A DNA stretch of 64,000 nucleotides from Eutreptiella sp. 'Long Island Sound 2002' (lineage: Eukaryota; Protista; Euglenida), in NCBI GenBank assembly GCA_964036045.1, contig OZ038378.1:12958001-13022000 (forward strand), read 5' to 3'. Every line of letters starts with the position of its first letter. The stretch's first letter is position 1. The translations under genes were made by a program, and so were the position numbers. The notes beneath the pieces were generated by a model. That model was not told the origin of the DNA, did no database searches, and saw nothing but the letters and a program-made list of their open reading frames with translations. Shown here one piece after another: positions 37,573 to 47,382 of this stretch.

Positions 37573-37714
37573 TAACCCCGAACGGGATGGTAGACGTGTG
37601 TGTGATCGCGTGGATGGCGAGTGCGAGTGTGGGGGCGGCAGGCTGTGGGGCTGTCGCGGGGCTGACGGGTCTGCGGGGGCACGCGCGGAGCAGCGGAGTC
37701 GGTCGGTGAGTCAT
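35714..37714 (-). CDS. Tyrosine recombinase (666-aa ORF) of the retrotransposon
   Basis: GTIRTYLSALRQL (N-terminal binding domain), LWRVQD (Arg box), HGWK (HxxR box with Lys), LQRWGRWHSPHQPRRY (W and catalytic Tyr). The ATG overlaps the gag stop (ATGA). Confidence 0.9.
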   Translation of the reverse strand: MTHRPTPLLRACPRRPVSPATAPQPAAPTLALAIHAITHTSTIPFGVNAVSTMLRKWEPGTIRTYLSALRQLLAHAPPDSTLADAISLRLLHLAATRRSPSAAKILVSAIIMCQRLSLIPEVLTESHRLTLSAIVKYTSHRTIPKPWATIQHVQSIGRLRMYWGWARLYFLIMASTIYLWRVQDAAGIQWRWLQIPGWITFYDHKINRELVSYPLSDYMDTWRAYIVACKRSDVPWDAAVIPGGARELQRAMADLLRYEELAEVRWHGWKKLGAALFILLGGALSSLQRWGRWHSPHQPRRYSHAPPAWRLPDRVQLPYPVATTNSPVRDMEWRLVRLSELWPRDTFAKPCTAPVRAPQQLELAYAATYQPSSTGRESDETPSIGESTDTDRSDVQSQCSESTSMAQSESMEAPPTANHAIHHGVTTPPPASEPLATCPATAPGGCPSMGAVASAVAPTPLPSSQVPDGVHHGSTGGLEGRMGTVRPAGPISEPPAKRPMCGHQPTSDPTPHHGYELTAPRRGDAYAHWRPLWLRETASEPVQYMSHPHTTTSPTECRAHCPEIESVGDECDYVVAGFDCVDGEPPTSGPPPQPTFPKCDTTPVPEPFTPTAAGAAAFAIGACTPTTTPAGHRSVRNLRHLSHSTPQPQHRHQPDGGYPFASIGNP

Positions 37715-38886
37715 TGTGGGCCCGCGGGCCCACTTCCGGCAGCCTGGCGAAACTCGTTCACCATGTTTTCGAAAATAGCATCATCCCAGGCCTCAACCTT
37801 GTCGGACGTCGTAGCTTGCGCCTGTACTTGCCGAACCACTCGTCCTGAACACGTCGCCGTCGGTTTATGCGACCAATGTCGCTGTCCACATTTGGTGCAG
37901 TTCCCCGGCGGTGGTTCAGAGGTATCCCACTCCACTCCAGTGGCGGACATCCAAAATTCTTTGCCATCACGATGAATGAGGTACCCTTGGCCCACTGCTG
38001 CTGGACAATCGGCGGCCCAGTGACCCATCTGGTGACATTTGAAACATCGCCCCGGCTTACGAGAATCTCGCTGAGGGTCACGTTGCTCCGTGTGGGCTTG
38101 CCCAGCCGGGCTGTTGTTGATGACCTCCACAGAGCCACCAGACTGTGCTGTGGCCGCTTGTTCACGTACAGGGGTCCCCCGGGATTGTCGCTTATTGGCC
38201 ATCTCCAGGTGCAGTAAGCACCACACCTTTTGTACAAACACATCCTGGGTCCAGTCTTGGGCATTCAACGGAACTTGTTGCAAACCCTGCATAGCTGAGA
38301 GCAGGGTGTTCATCCATTGGAACCTCATTCGGGTGCTCGCTAGGTCATTGACTCGTGCAGCAGTGAGGGGTGGGGCTCTCGGAACGCGCGCTTTCTCCAA
38401 CTCGGCATCTTTCTTCTGGAGGGCGGCGGTCAGTTCGTTAATTCGTTGTTCTTGAGCTCGCGCCGTCGCTGGCAGGTCGGTAATCGTAGGGGGCGCTTCA
38501 TGAAATGTGCCATCCATGTAGTCCATGCGAAGTGCTTTGCGGCCACAGTACGCACCCAGCACCGCGACAAACTCTGCCGTCTCGATTTGTTCCATGTTAC
38601 ATGCCTCGGCTAGCGCACGAATTTGGTGATCCTCCACAGCAGATTCGGCAATAGCTTCCCATTGGGATATCATCCAGTGGTCCAGCTCCTCAGTGTGTGA
38701 CTCAGATCGGGTCAGGGCTTGATATGCGGTAGCGCTCCATCGGTTGAACGCTTCTCGTGCTTGCACTGCCGCAGGTGTGCGCAGGATACAAGGCCCCGGC
38801 AATGGGCCTGGTGGTTGGGTACTATCTTGCGTGGGATCTGTCATTGTGTGATCGCCAGCAGTGTCACGAGTAGCTTTAGCGGGCAT
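37711..38886 (-). CDS. gag: Gag-like protein of the YR retrotransposon (391 aa) with CCHC zinc knuckle
   Basis: First ATG inside the element is at 38886 (MPAKATRD...). Has a coiled-coil region, CFKCHQMGHWAADC (CX2CX4HX4C) and a second CTKCGQRHW motif. Confidence 0.88.
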   Translation of the reverse strand: MPAKATRDTAGDHTMTDPTQDSTQPPGPLPGPCILRTPAAVQAREAFNRWSATAYQALTRSESHTEELDHWMISQWEAIAESAVEDHQIRALAEACNMEQIETAEFVAVLGAYCGRKALRMDYMDGTFHEAPPTITDLPATARAQEQRINELTAALQKKDAELEKARVPRAPPLTAARVNDLASTRMRFQWMNTLLSAMQGLQQVPLNAQDWTQDVFVQKVWCLLHLEMANKRQSRGTPVREQAATAQSGGSVEVINNSPAGQAHTEQRDPQRDSRKPGRCFKCHQMGHWAADCPAAVGQGYLIHRDGKEFWMSATGVEWDTSEPPPGNCTKCGQRHWSHKPTATCSGRVVRQVQAQATTSDKVEAWDDAIFENMVNEFRQAAGSGPAGPQ

Positions 38887-38894
38887 AGTATCAA

Positions 38895-38989
38895 CTGTGA
38901 GGCTAGCTTGCCACACAGAGAAACCGGCTAAGCAGAATGGGACAAATACGTAAACGCGTATTTGCTCGCTTCGCTCGCAAACACACGTT
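38895..38989 (-). repeat. Split direct repeat A1 (5' terminus); identical A2 at 34054-34148
   Basis: CTGTGAGGCTAGCTTGCC...TCGCAAACACACGTT is present twice with 100% identity. Confidence 0.97.
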
Positions 38990-39302
38990 CTGTCCTGATT
39001 TTCACTTGTTCTGCGCGAGCCCCCGCCGCCTGTCCTGAAAACCCCCCTTGGACACGGCTGAATGGCTGGTGCTGATGGGGGGAATGTGCGCACAAACAGA
39101 CACTTGTGGGCATTGGGGAAGTATCCGCGCTGCGCGCGCACCGCGCACTCCCCAAAACGCGTTGGTTGTACCCCCTCCCAAAATGCCGCCCAAGGAGAGC
39201 AAGCCCTTGGGTACAAGACCTGCGCAAACATCCCTCCTTCCCACAAACATTGCACAAGGAAAAGAGATGCTTTCTTCATGCAACACAGAGCACACACCTC
39301 AC

Positions 39303-39374
39303 CATCACCCCCTTCATTGTCGACATCAACCTCCTCTCGTACATCCGCCACTCAGTTTGTCCCCGAAGGAGTAA
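39303..39374 (-). other. Possible orphan host exon (24 codons) just upstream of the retrotransposon
   Basis: cacctgcag|TTACTC...GTGATG|gtgagg, phase 0, LLLRGQTEWRMYERRLMSTMKGVM; no partner exons identified. Confidence 0.35.
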
Positions 39375-41250
39375 CTGCAGGTGCTTGGTTGGGCCAGACC
39401 GTCTGTTCTCTGCACGGCGCGCGCATCAGGTGCTGCCCCATTGATCCGGTGGTGTGACAGTAGCAGTGGACACAGGCCTATTGGCCCTGGAAGTGCCTGG
39501 CTGTCAGGACTTCAACAAAGGAGGAGACCACACAACTTGACTCTTTCCTGATGAACGGGCCCTTGTTGCCCTGGGCCTCCACAGAACGCCCGGGTTTGCA
39601 TGCCTCTCAACACAAGATGGACAAATACAGGCATACACAGACTGAAACACTGAGAGCCTTGCGTGTAAAGTTGATGAATGGTCATAACAACACTACGCAG
39701 TCTCCCGAGTGCAAGTAGCAGATTACTGATCAATACGCAGACGGTACAGTGGTAACCCAAAAATGGTTTCTCAACGAATTGCAATACAAGGTACCGAATC
39801 AAAATTTGCTCCAAATTGATACAGTCCATACAACTACTGTACCTTGGGCAAGTATGGAGTATAGAGTACAGCACCAGATGGTGAGTTGTGCAGCATCCTT
39901 GAGATCATATACTCTGACATTGCAGCTACCAGTAACCGAAATAAATCTGGAATGAAAACCAGGTCTGCACATGACCACCACCCATGGAAACAGCAGCAAA
40001 CATCCTTCCCCAACGCTTATTGCGGTCTCTGGGGCCACACCAAGGCCGGAGTACACGACGTATTGCAATGTTAAGAAACAGGCAACGCACACCAGGCCTT
40101 TTGCACTTTTCCACTTTGCGGTATTTTGCGTGCAAAGCTGTGCTGGGCTGGCCTGTGGACAGCAGGAAATCGCTCTTGGGCTGCAAGGGTGTGGTCTTCC
40201 GGTCTACCACGCGTATGCACGTGAACCTTGAGGAAGGAGGCCATACTGTCCCTGAGCCGCTGTCATGTGCGGGAGATGCGCACATTTGTCAGCCGCATAA
40301 CCGATATGTGTGAACCTGGCCCGTCCAGTCGCACGTTGACTCAATACCCCTGTCTGCTGTATGATGAAACTACCCGCTCCCAGGGGAAGGGGGTTCGCCT
40401 GCCTTAAGTAAATGGCCGCTCCCCTTGGGCTCTCAAAAACTCTACTTGGGGATCAATGGTCGGTGCTGATCGACTGAATGTCCCCGCCATAGACACTTTC
40501 AGCCATTAGTCCACTTTACTCTACTCTACTTGGGGGTGGGGGGGGGGCTTGGAGCCCCTTTTCCAATCCCCCCCCCCCTGGAGGGGGCTCCAAGGGCCGG
40601 CTCTCTTTTTTCCAAATTTTTCATGCATATGGCAAATCATTGCATTCTCGTATCACATCGCAAAACTGCCCTGCCACTTGTTGGAGCCATTTGCTAATTG
40701 CCGCATACTCCTTGCCAAACTTGAAATGCAGGGCCAGACTTCTGCACATCCAGTCGAAATGCTCAGACCGCGGCACGTTGAAATCGTTGGAGGCAAGATT
40801 TCAGGCATCTGTATTGAGGAAATAAGCTTGTGGCCCTTGGAGCCCCTTTCCACGACCCCCCCCCAAATTTGCGGGGGCTCCAAGGGCCCCGCCCCCCCCC
40901 CCCAAGTAAAGCCCTCACCAGCCTTGGACCAAGGATGCCACGACTTTTGGATCAACGACTCTTGCAAAAATCGACAGCTCAGGAAGTTGAGAGGTGCGCC
41001 CCAGGCAAAGAACGGCTGGGGCTCTGGTGGGCCTGTCATATGGTGGAACGAGGGCGGGTGCTGGTGAGGCTGCTCCATGTTATTATCTCTGTGGACCGTG
41101 CAGAGCGTTTGAGAGACCGCTGGCTGCGGTGGTGGCAGAGCCGGGACACTGCACCAATGCTGAACGCAAATGCAGACACTCACGTCCCCTGGGCTGTTGA
41201 CGGCAGCACTAAGCGTGTCCTGGTGTCATGCACCACATGCAACTCAAGGT

Positions 41251-41850
41251 CTAGAACAAATGGATGACAACCGCAATGATGATCATAAAGATGACTCCAA
41301 TCCACGTGGAGATGACCCCCTTTATGCCCACGTGCCTACCGCAGAAGAAGATCCAAGCTGCTAAGACCACCTTGTTCCAATGCCCAAAGTTGAGGTATTT
41401 CATGCTGTTCAGGGCCTTACCCACGTGAGAGTGGCAGTCATGCCCAAAGAGCATGCAATGGGTCAAGTCCTCGTACACGCTGTTGGCCTTGCATACCGCC
41501 GCATCCCACGCAGCTGCGCCTTCATTGGCTTGTCCGTTCGGAAGCTCTGCCGGTGCTTCAACGGAAGCGTGGCACTTCTTAGGGTCCAAAATCAGATAGC
41601 GGGCCGGGTTTCCAAAAGCCATGTTGTCTACGCCGATCATACCCGTAAAGTCCATGATTACACCGCGGGAATCACATATGCCCATGTGCCCAATGAATGG
41701 CAGAAACCATGTGATCGGCGGTATTGGAGTCCAAACGATCGCGTAGGGATACCGATGCCTTCCGAAGTCGATCTTGGCCTCGATCTCGCCCGTGTTGATG
41801 TCTCGGGACACGACGCTTCTCCACTCCCTCATCCAATATGGACAATCCAT
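41251..41850 (-). CDS. TMEM222: TMEM222 / RTE1 (DUF778) family membrane protein, 199 aa, intronless
   Basis: RYPYAIVWTPIPPITWFLPFIGHMGIC.S.GVI.DF.G, DNMAFGNP, WDAAV..AN..Y, DCHSHV..ALN, plus a C-terminal TM helix. A pyrimidine tract and AG lie 11 nt before the ATG (candidate trans-splice site at 41862). Confidence 0.93.
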   Translation of the reverse strand: MDCPYWMREWRSVVSRDINTGEIEAKIDFGRHRYPYAIVWTPIPPITWFLPFIGHMGICDSRGVIMDFTGMIGVDNMAFGNPARYLILDPKKCHASVEAPAELPNGQANEGAAAWDAAVCKANSVYEDLTHCMLFGHDCHSHVGKALNSMKYLNFGHWNKVVLAAWIFFCGRHVGIKGVISTWIGVIFMIIIAVVIHLF

Positions 41851-42499
41851 ACCGGCCAGTCCTTTTGGAAGAAAAGATGATGCTGTGCGTCAAATTGAGG
41901 AGCAAGGCTCTAGAAGACAAAATCACTGGCACAGGCAAATGATCCTGCGAGGACTTTCTTATCTTCGTGGCAGTCTCATTCCTCATTCTCAGAAGGCTCA
42001 GGATTGTGATGCATGGCAGGGCCTCTGCTCCATGAGGCCTCCGTCGGTGCCTTGGGTCCAATTGCTAAACAACCCAATTTCCCATGTCAGTGGTCGTTCT
42101 CTGATGCTTTGCCCAGTGCTACCCTCGTTTGGGAGCAAGGCAACCACAAATTCACAAGGAAAGAGGGTCAAGGATCGTCAAAATCAGCCAATACAGGAGG
42201 CAACGTGAACAAATACTTTGCAGCTTTTGCCCAACACCCCAAACACAGAAGCCTCTGCCCCCATGTAAAGTTACAGGTGAGTGTCGTTCAGGCCGTTGCC
42301 CAGTATGGGCGAGTGAGTGGCTCTGAGAATGAGGCTGGTTCCTACCCAGTTGCCCAAAGGACTGGTCCTACCAAACCCACCCACCCAACCCATCAATGGC
42401 CCAGGCTATGGTTCTTACTTCAAGAAGTGGTGTCCCTTGACTGAATCACTTGAGTTCAACCAGAATGCTCGATTGGATACCATCGTGCAAAATGGAAAG

Positions 42500-43320
42500 G
42501 GGGGGGATGGGGTCATGTTTCTGACTTCAAGAAGAGAACTTTGCATTTTGGCGGTATGTGCGCCACTGGCTGCCTAAGTTTGGTCAGTCTTTTAGTCTGG
42601 TGATATGTTCGGCGGTACTTCAAGGCATTGTTGACAGGGTGCTTATGGCAGTGTTGGTCGTCACTTATTCCCACAACTTGTTTGGCTATGGGTATGACCA
42701 CGTAGAGGAGCAGACAGCCCTAACCACGTGGAGGAGCACGCAGCCCTATTGAGTCCCAAAAGCACCCTAAGGCTGCGGCATGACTTCCGCTGGATTGGGA
42801 CAAAATTTGGATTTGCTGACCTACGCATGCACAATGATGAGACGGGGGGCTGGCGTGCCCTCCTAGCATGGTGGTGGTGTGCCGCACATGCCAATGCAGT
42901 CTGCCCAGCAACCTTGAGCAGCCGCCGTGCACGCTTTCTTGGTTTCATCCTGGGCCATGCCGTATGGGGACCCAGGTAGTTGGCTCACATATTGGTGGCC
43001 TTGCTGTGTGCCTTGGTGATGGCCATGGCTTTCACTCTCACCCATTGGCAGCCAGACTACCTTAAATGTCCCCCGATGGGCTGGGCCCTCTTTATCTTTT
43101 TTGATTGGGCACGAGACGGCCCACATTGGTGTTATGGTGCTTGGGATTTCTCCTTGGGAGGTTGGTGGGGGGTATCATGCAAGAGCCTTCTTCGCAAGCA
43201 GATTGTGGAGTTTGTTGTCTGTGAATTCGCCCTGGGCCTCATTGAGCAACTTACATGGGCACCGGTGCCACTGGTTGGGGGTCGACAAGCATGTTTCAAC
43301 ACTGCCATACACGGACCCCT
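42500..43320 (-). mobile_element. Highly degenerate DIRS-like RT/RNase H remnant
   Basis: SRLLGRLHW resembles QRLLGKLQW of the intact element; LLHDTP sits at the spacing expected for YMDDIL; many stops and frameshifts. Confidence 0.35.
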
Positions 43321-44907
43321 AAAGTTGGAGTGCAAACAACTAAAAGACTCCGCTAGGTTGAGCTTGCTTTGGAACCAAAAAGGGGGTCCAACCCAGCCAA
43401 GCAGCCAACAATGTAGATGCACTGGTGCACTGTCAAATCCAACAAAAACCTTGCTTGCTGCTACAATCTCCAACATCCTTGTTGTTGTCCCCCGACACCA
43501 AGGGCTTTTTGGGTACGGGTGTGCATACCTCATGAAAAGCCCTAATTTGGGTGTTTAAATGCCGTTCGGCCGAAGCTCAAGTCGAACCACCAACCTACCA
43601 CTCCCCCATCTGCACTTTTGTGTTTCAACCCAACTCCACCCCAAACCACCCAAGGCCCCGAATTGCAACCTTCACACCACCTCATCTGAAGTGGGTCAAG
43701 GACCCATCCATGGACCATGCCCGGCAATTCTACACAAGTCTGGACCCACTGCTCCGAGGGGGGTGGGATTGCTGGGAACCCGATCGTACTGTTGGCAGGC
43801 GTCAGGGGTGCCACGTCCACGGGGGTGTGCAGGGGAACCTCGTGCTGCCCTGCCGTGTCCTCATCTGTCGTACTGTCTGTCAGGTACGCATCAGGCTCCC
43901 CGTGCGTCAGGGGTACTACATACTGTCCCATTGACTCATCCCCCAACGACACATCTGTTGCCGGGCCCCCAGGGGGGTGATGGCAGATGAGGGGGGAAGG
44001 GGGGGGGGGGTTCTCTGCTTCATCAAACAGGGGTGCCAGCGGCATCGGTAGCAGTGCACGGTCTGAAAGATCGCCCCCTGACGTGCAGGCAGAGGACCAC
44101 TGTAGGGGGGTGGAAGCAGCCCGTGAGTGCCAGCTGGACATGACCGCCGGCGACCATGTCTGTTGTGGGGTCATCCGTAAAGGGGTAGCCACAGCATTGG
44201 AGGCGCCCATTCCCATGAGGTCAACTGCAGGCTGCGGAGGGGAGGCTTGGGGCCCTGGCCGTGGACGCAGCCCCAGTGTGGGTTGCCGGACAGCCTGGGC
44301 CACGTTGGTAGGGGGGGGGGGAGAAAGTGGGCCCGATAGGCAGCGGTCCTCCACTCCTTTGGCATGTGAAGATATTTTGTAGCATCCTTGCTATGCCCGG
44401 GGGCACAGGTTGGTCACACGCATCATCTGCCTGTCCGTCCAGCTTCCCTGCGAGCTGCGGCAGGCGCTGGACTCAGCCCTACCGGCGTGCGCACCAGCGG
44501 AACGCGTGCCATTCTGTTGGGCGTGATAGCCCCAGTGAGCTGCAGATATGCTAGCGCATGTTTGGTCATTGGGAGAGGCGGTGGTGTGCCTGCACCAGCT
44601 GAGTGCGCTGCAGTCAGCCTCCGTGTGGGGGTTGAGGTGGACGACTGGCGTGGGCCGCGTTTTGTTGTCCATGGGCCAGTGTTTCATGCCCATGGGCATG
44701 GTGCTTTTTGCATGCGGTGTATATGTCCCGTGTCCCTTGGCCCAGAGAATTCCCTCCCAAATCCATTTCACTGTGCCCAGCTGAGACGACCCTCAAAACT
44801 ACAAAGAGGCAAGGAACAACGGAAAGCACCAAAGACCCTGCATGGGGAGTGCATGGCATGAGCTTGCCACGTACCCACCCCCCCTTGTCTAAGCCACACA
44901 AAAGTAT

Positions 44908-45217
44908 GGAATTATTACGGTCCCTACGCCTACTGTAGCTTAGACAAGGCCGTAGCTTGCACACGACACATACAACTACCGGCACGCACGCCACCACCAA
45001 AAAGGGAAGAAAACACACAAATATCCCAAAAATCAGAGCTCTGTGGGTTCAAGTGGGCAAACACTCACAACAAATGTGTCCGTGACTCCATGTAATTGGC
45101 AGACTCGTCACCAAAACCATGTCTCAAGCGGTTGCACTACATTTCGTACCGAATTAAATTAGGCACGGAATTAATACGGTCCCTACGCCCGCTGTAGCTT
45201 AGACAAGGCCGTAGCTT
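44908..45217. repeat. 51-bp direct repeat pair (44908-44958, 45167-45217) with a partial third copy at ~45297
   Basis: GGAATTA(T/A)TACGGTCCCTACGCC(TA/CG)CTGTAGCTTAGACAAGGCCGTAGCTT, 3 mismatches, 259 bp apart. Confidence 0.9.
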
Positions 45218-45699
45218 AGCTATAAATCGACGACGGACGTCACCCCCGGTATCCGACCGGCAGGAAATCACAGTGCAGATTGTCTCGTGTCTCACGCCGT
45301 AGCTTAGACGAGGGGGGCCGCAATTGGTCAGGTCAGGTCAGACAAGGGGCGGGGGGTACACATGTTGTGTGAGGAAATTCCGTCGTGGCTTGAAACACAA
45401 CATTCAAGCCGAAATTCTGCGCCTGCTGTTCTTAACCGCCATGCATAGGGACAGGACATGCTGACACAACTGAACCTGAAACCGACCTCAAACTCACACA
45501 TCGCAGTGAACATCCTGTTGGTGTGGGAGGAAAGCTCAAGGTCCATGCCCTAATGGACTGAGGAAAGGGAGTGAAAACGGTCAGCCGTCGTAGCGCATAA
45601 CACGAAAGTGCCTGTACTGCACAAAGGTGTTACGACTGGGGGTCACAGGTAACAGCATGAGCATCAATTGGCAATGACTCGGAGGTGGGGGCGAAATCC

Positions 45700-45785
45700 T
45701 TGGAATCAATATGAAATCCAGACCATCTTGAGTGCACAGGAATGGCGGCAAAGAATGTATTTCAAGGTGCGGTACTGGGAAACAA
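45700..45785 (+). other. Possible chromodomain N-terminal fragment
   Basis: NQYEIQTILSAQEWRQRMYFKVRYW resembles YEVExILxxRxxxgxxxYxVKW; similarity is lost afterwards. Confidence 0.3.
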
Positions 45786-46657
45786 TTTTCTCACATCCTC
45801 ACCATATCATCAGACATTCTCACCGCATCTCCACCACATCATCACGCCTCCTCACGGCAGTGGTGCATGAAGAGCCAACAAGCCTCTCCGGACCCATGTC
45901 TTCCATGTGGGCTCACAAATAAGAACACCGCTGTTTTCCCAGGGGTCTCTATAACCCGTGGCTCATCCGTTGTTCCTATTTGCTGCCCCATTGGTGTTGG
46001 TGTTGGCCTGCAGACCTTCAGATGTTCAGGAAGCTGAACTCAAAGATACTTCCTGCCAATCTGCTAGCAGCAAACCTACAGACGGGGGGGGGCGGGATTT
46101 TGTACGGGGATTATTTTGCCAGGGAAAATTTCGGGGGGGGGATTTCGCCACCCTTGGGAATCCCCAAGCTCCAACTGCTACCCTCAAGGACATCAAAAGG
46201 CGTGGTGCCCCTGCACTACACTGCCGAGGCCCGCTAAATTTCGCCAGGGGAAATTTTCGCCACCTTCCCTACAGACGAAATTTTCCCACGAATCCCCCCC
46301 TCCCCCGTGTAAGTAGTCCAGTGTCCCATGGGAGCGGGGCTGGAGAGAAACAGGAACAGGGTGAACATGGGCGCCCTGGAGTGGCAGCGACCGAGGGACG
46401 GCGAGGTAGCGCGGTGATGCAAGGCCCCCATCAAGCGAGTGCAGCACCGGAAAGCCACCTGGCAACAACCGGGTGACATGGTGACGGCATTGGCCCCCCA
46501 CCAGCCGCCCCATGGGGTCATGTGGCCCTGACCCACGTGTGGTGACGTGTGAGGGTGCCGCTCACGCACCGCGCGCACCACGCACACTGCGTCCATCAAG
46601 TACTCCGGGTTATACGCCAGAGCCGAGAAAGGCCCAAGGTGCCTTTCGCAAACAGGT

Positions 46658-46682
46658 CGAAAAAAAATAGACACTTAGAAAG
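46658..46682 (-). other. Spliced-leader relic (euglenid SL, one substitution) heading a probable retroposed mRNA 5' end (~46310-46657)
   Basis: Minus strand CTTTCTaAGTGTCTATTTTTTTTCG|ACCTG versus the recalled Euglena SL ACTTTCTGAGTGTCTATTTTTTTTCG; not followed by a GT donor, so not an SL RNA gene. Confidence 0.88.
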
Positions 46683-47382
46683 ACCCCCCCCTGACCCCCC
46701 CCCCCTCCCATGTGTGCCACAGGTATGTGTCTCTGTGTGACGTTCCTGAAGGTCTTGGTGGGCGGCTGTCAAACAAGGTCAGGTTGCCAGACACGATTCC
46801 GTCGGGGGAAGAACAATGAAGAAAGAGGCGAAGGGGAGGCATGCTACAGCTAAATTACATGGGCTTCAGCAAGTGTATCTCGCAGAGAATTGCTCGCAAC
46901 AATGTGGACCAGCCTTTTGCCTCACTGTACAAGAATGGGCCCATTTTGCCGGCCAAAAACCCTTGAAAGGGGCCTACCAACAGGTGGGCCTCAGCCTCAG
47001 AAGTGCTACATGCCTCCCTCCCATTTTTGTTCGGCCTGAAACTTACAAATCACGACGGCCCCGTATGTATGGGAAGCAGCGTAACGGGGGTGGGACGAAC
47101 CTTTGGCTGGCCGATTGCGGGCACTTTGTGTCGATCCAGACTCAGACCCTCTTCAATTGTCTTCTTCTATGCGAACCCCGCAGCCTGTGGCACGGTCCCA
47201 GGTCCTATGTCCAGGTATCCCGATCGCCCTCCCCGTCCCCTGCGGGGGCCTGGTGAGGCCGTGACCGTTTTGCTGCCAGCCTGGGTTTGGCTGAAGAACC
47301 GCGATATTGGGGTGACCCTCAAGGACCCCCAGGGGGGCTTGGGCCAGGCTTGGTCATCGTTTACTGACGATTGGAGAACATA

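Larger units (their letters stand above)
33915..38989 (-). mobile_element. Full-length tyrosine-recombinase (DIRS-order) retrotransposon, 5075 bp, gag-YR-RT/RNaseH order (VIPER/TATE-like) with split direct repeats A...BA...B
   Basis: Three long intact ORFs. A (95 bp) is identical at 38895-38989 and 34054-34148; B (45 bp) is identical at 34146-34190 and 33915-33959. GTT is shared at both ends and at the internal junction. Confidence 0.95.

Noticed and set aside
38990-39351. 546-aa ORF as the full gag
   Set aside because: It begins at a GTG in host flank outside the A repeat; the first in-element ATG is 38886, so the upstream extension is probably chance.
39799-40092. WD40-like reading (NVRVYDL...VVVW) or LINE zinc-finger (ILHTCPRY)
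   Set aside because: Short, conflicting motifs in different frames with no splice support.
43542-44354. 270-aa Pro-rich ORF as a host gene
   Set aside because: Low complexity and adjacent to decayed retroelement sequence; more likely an element remnant, with no domain recognised.
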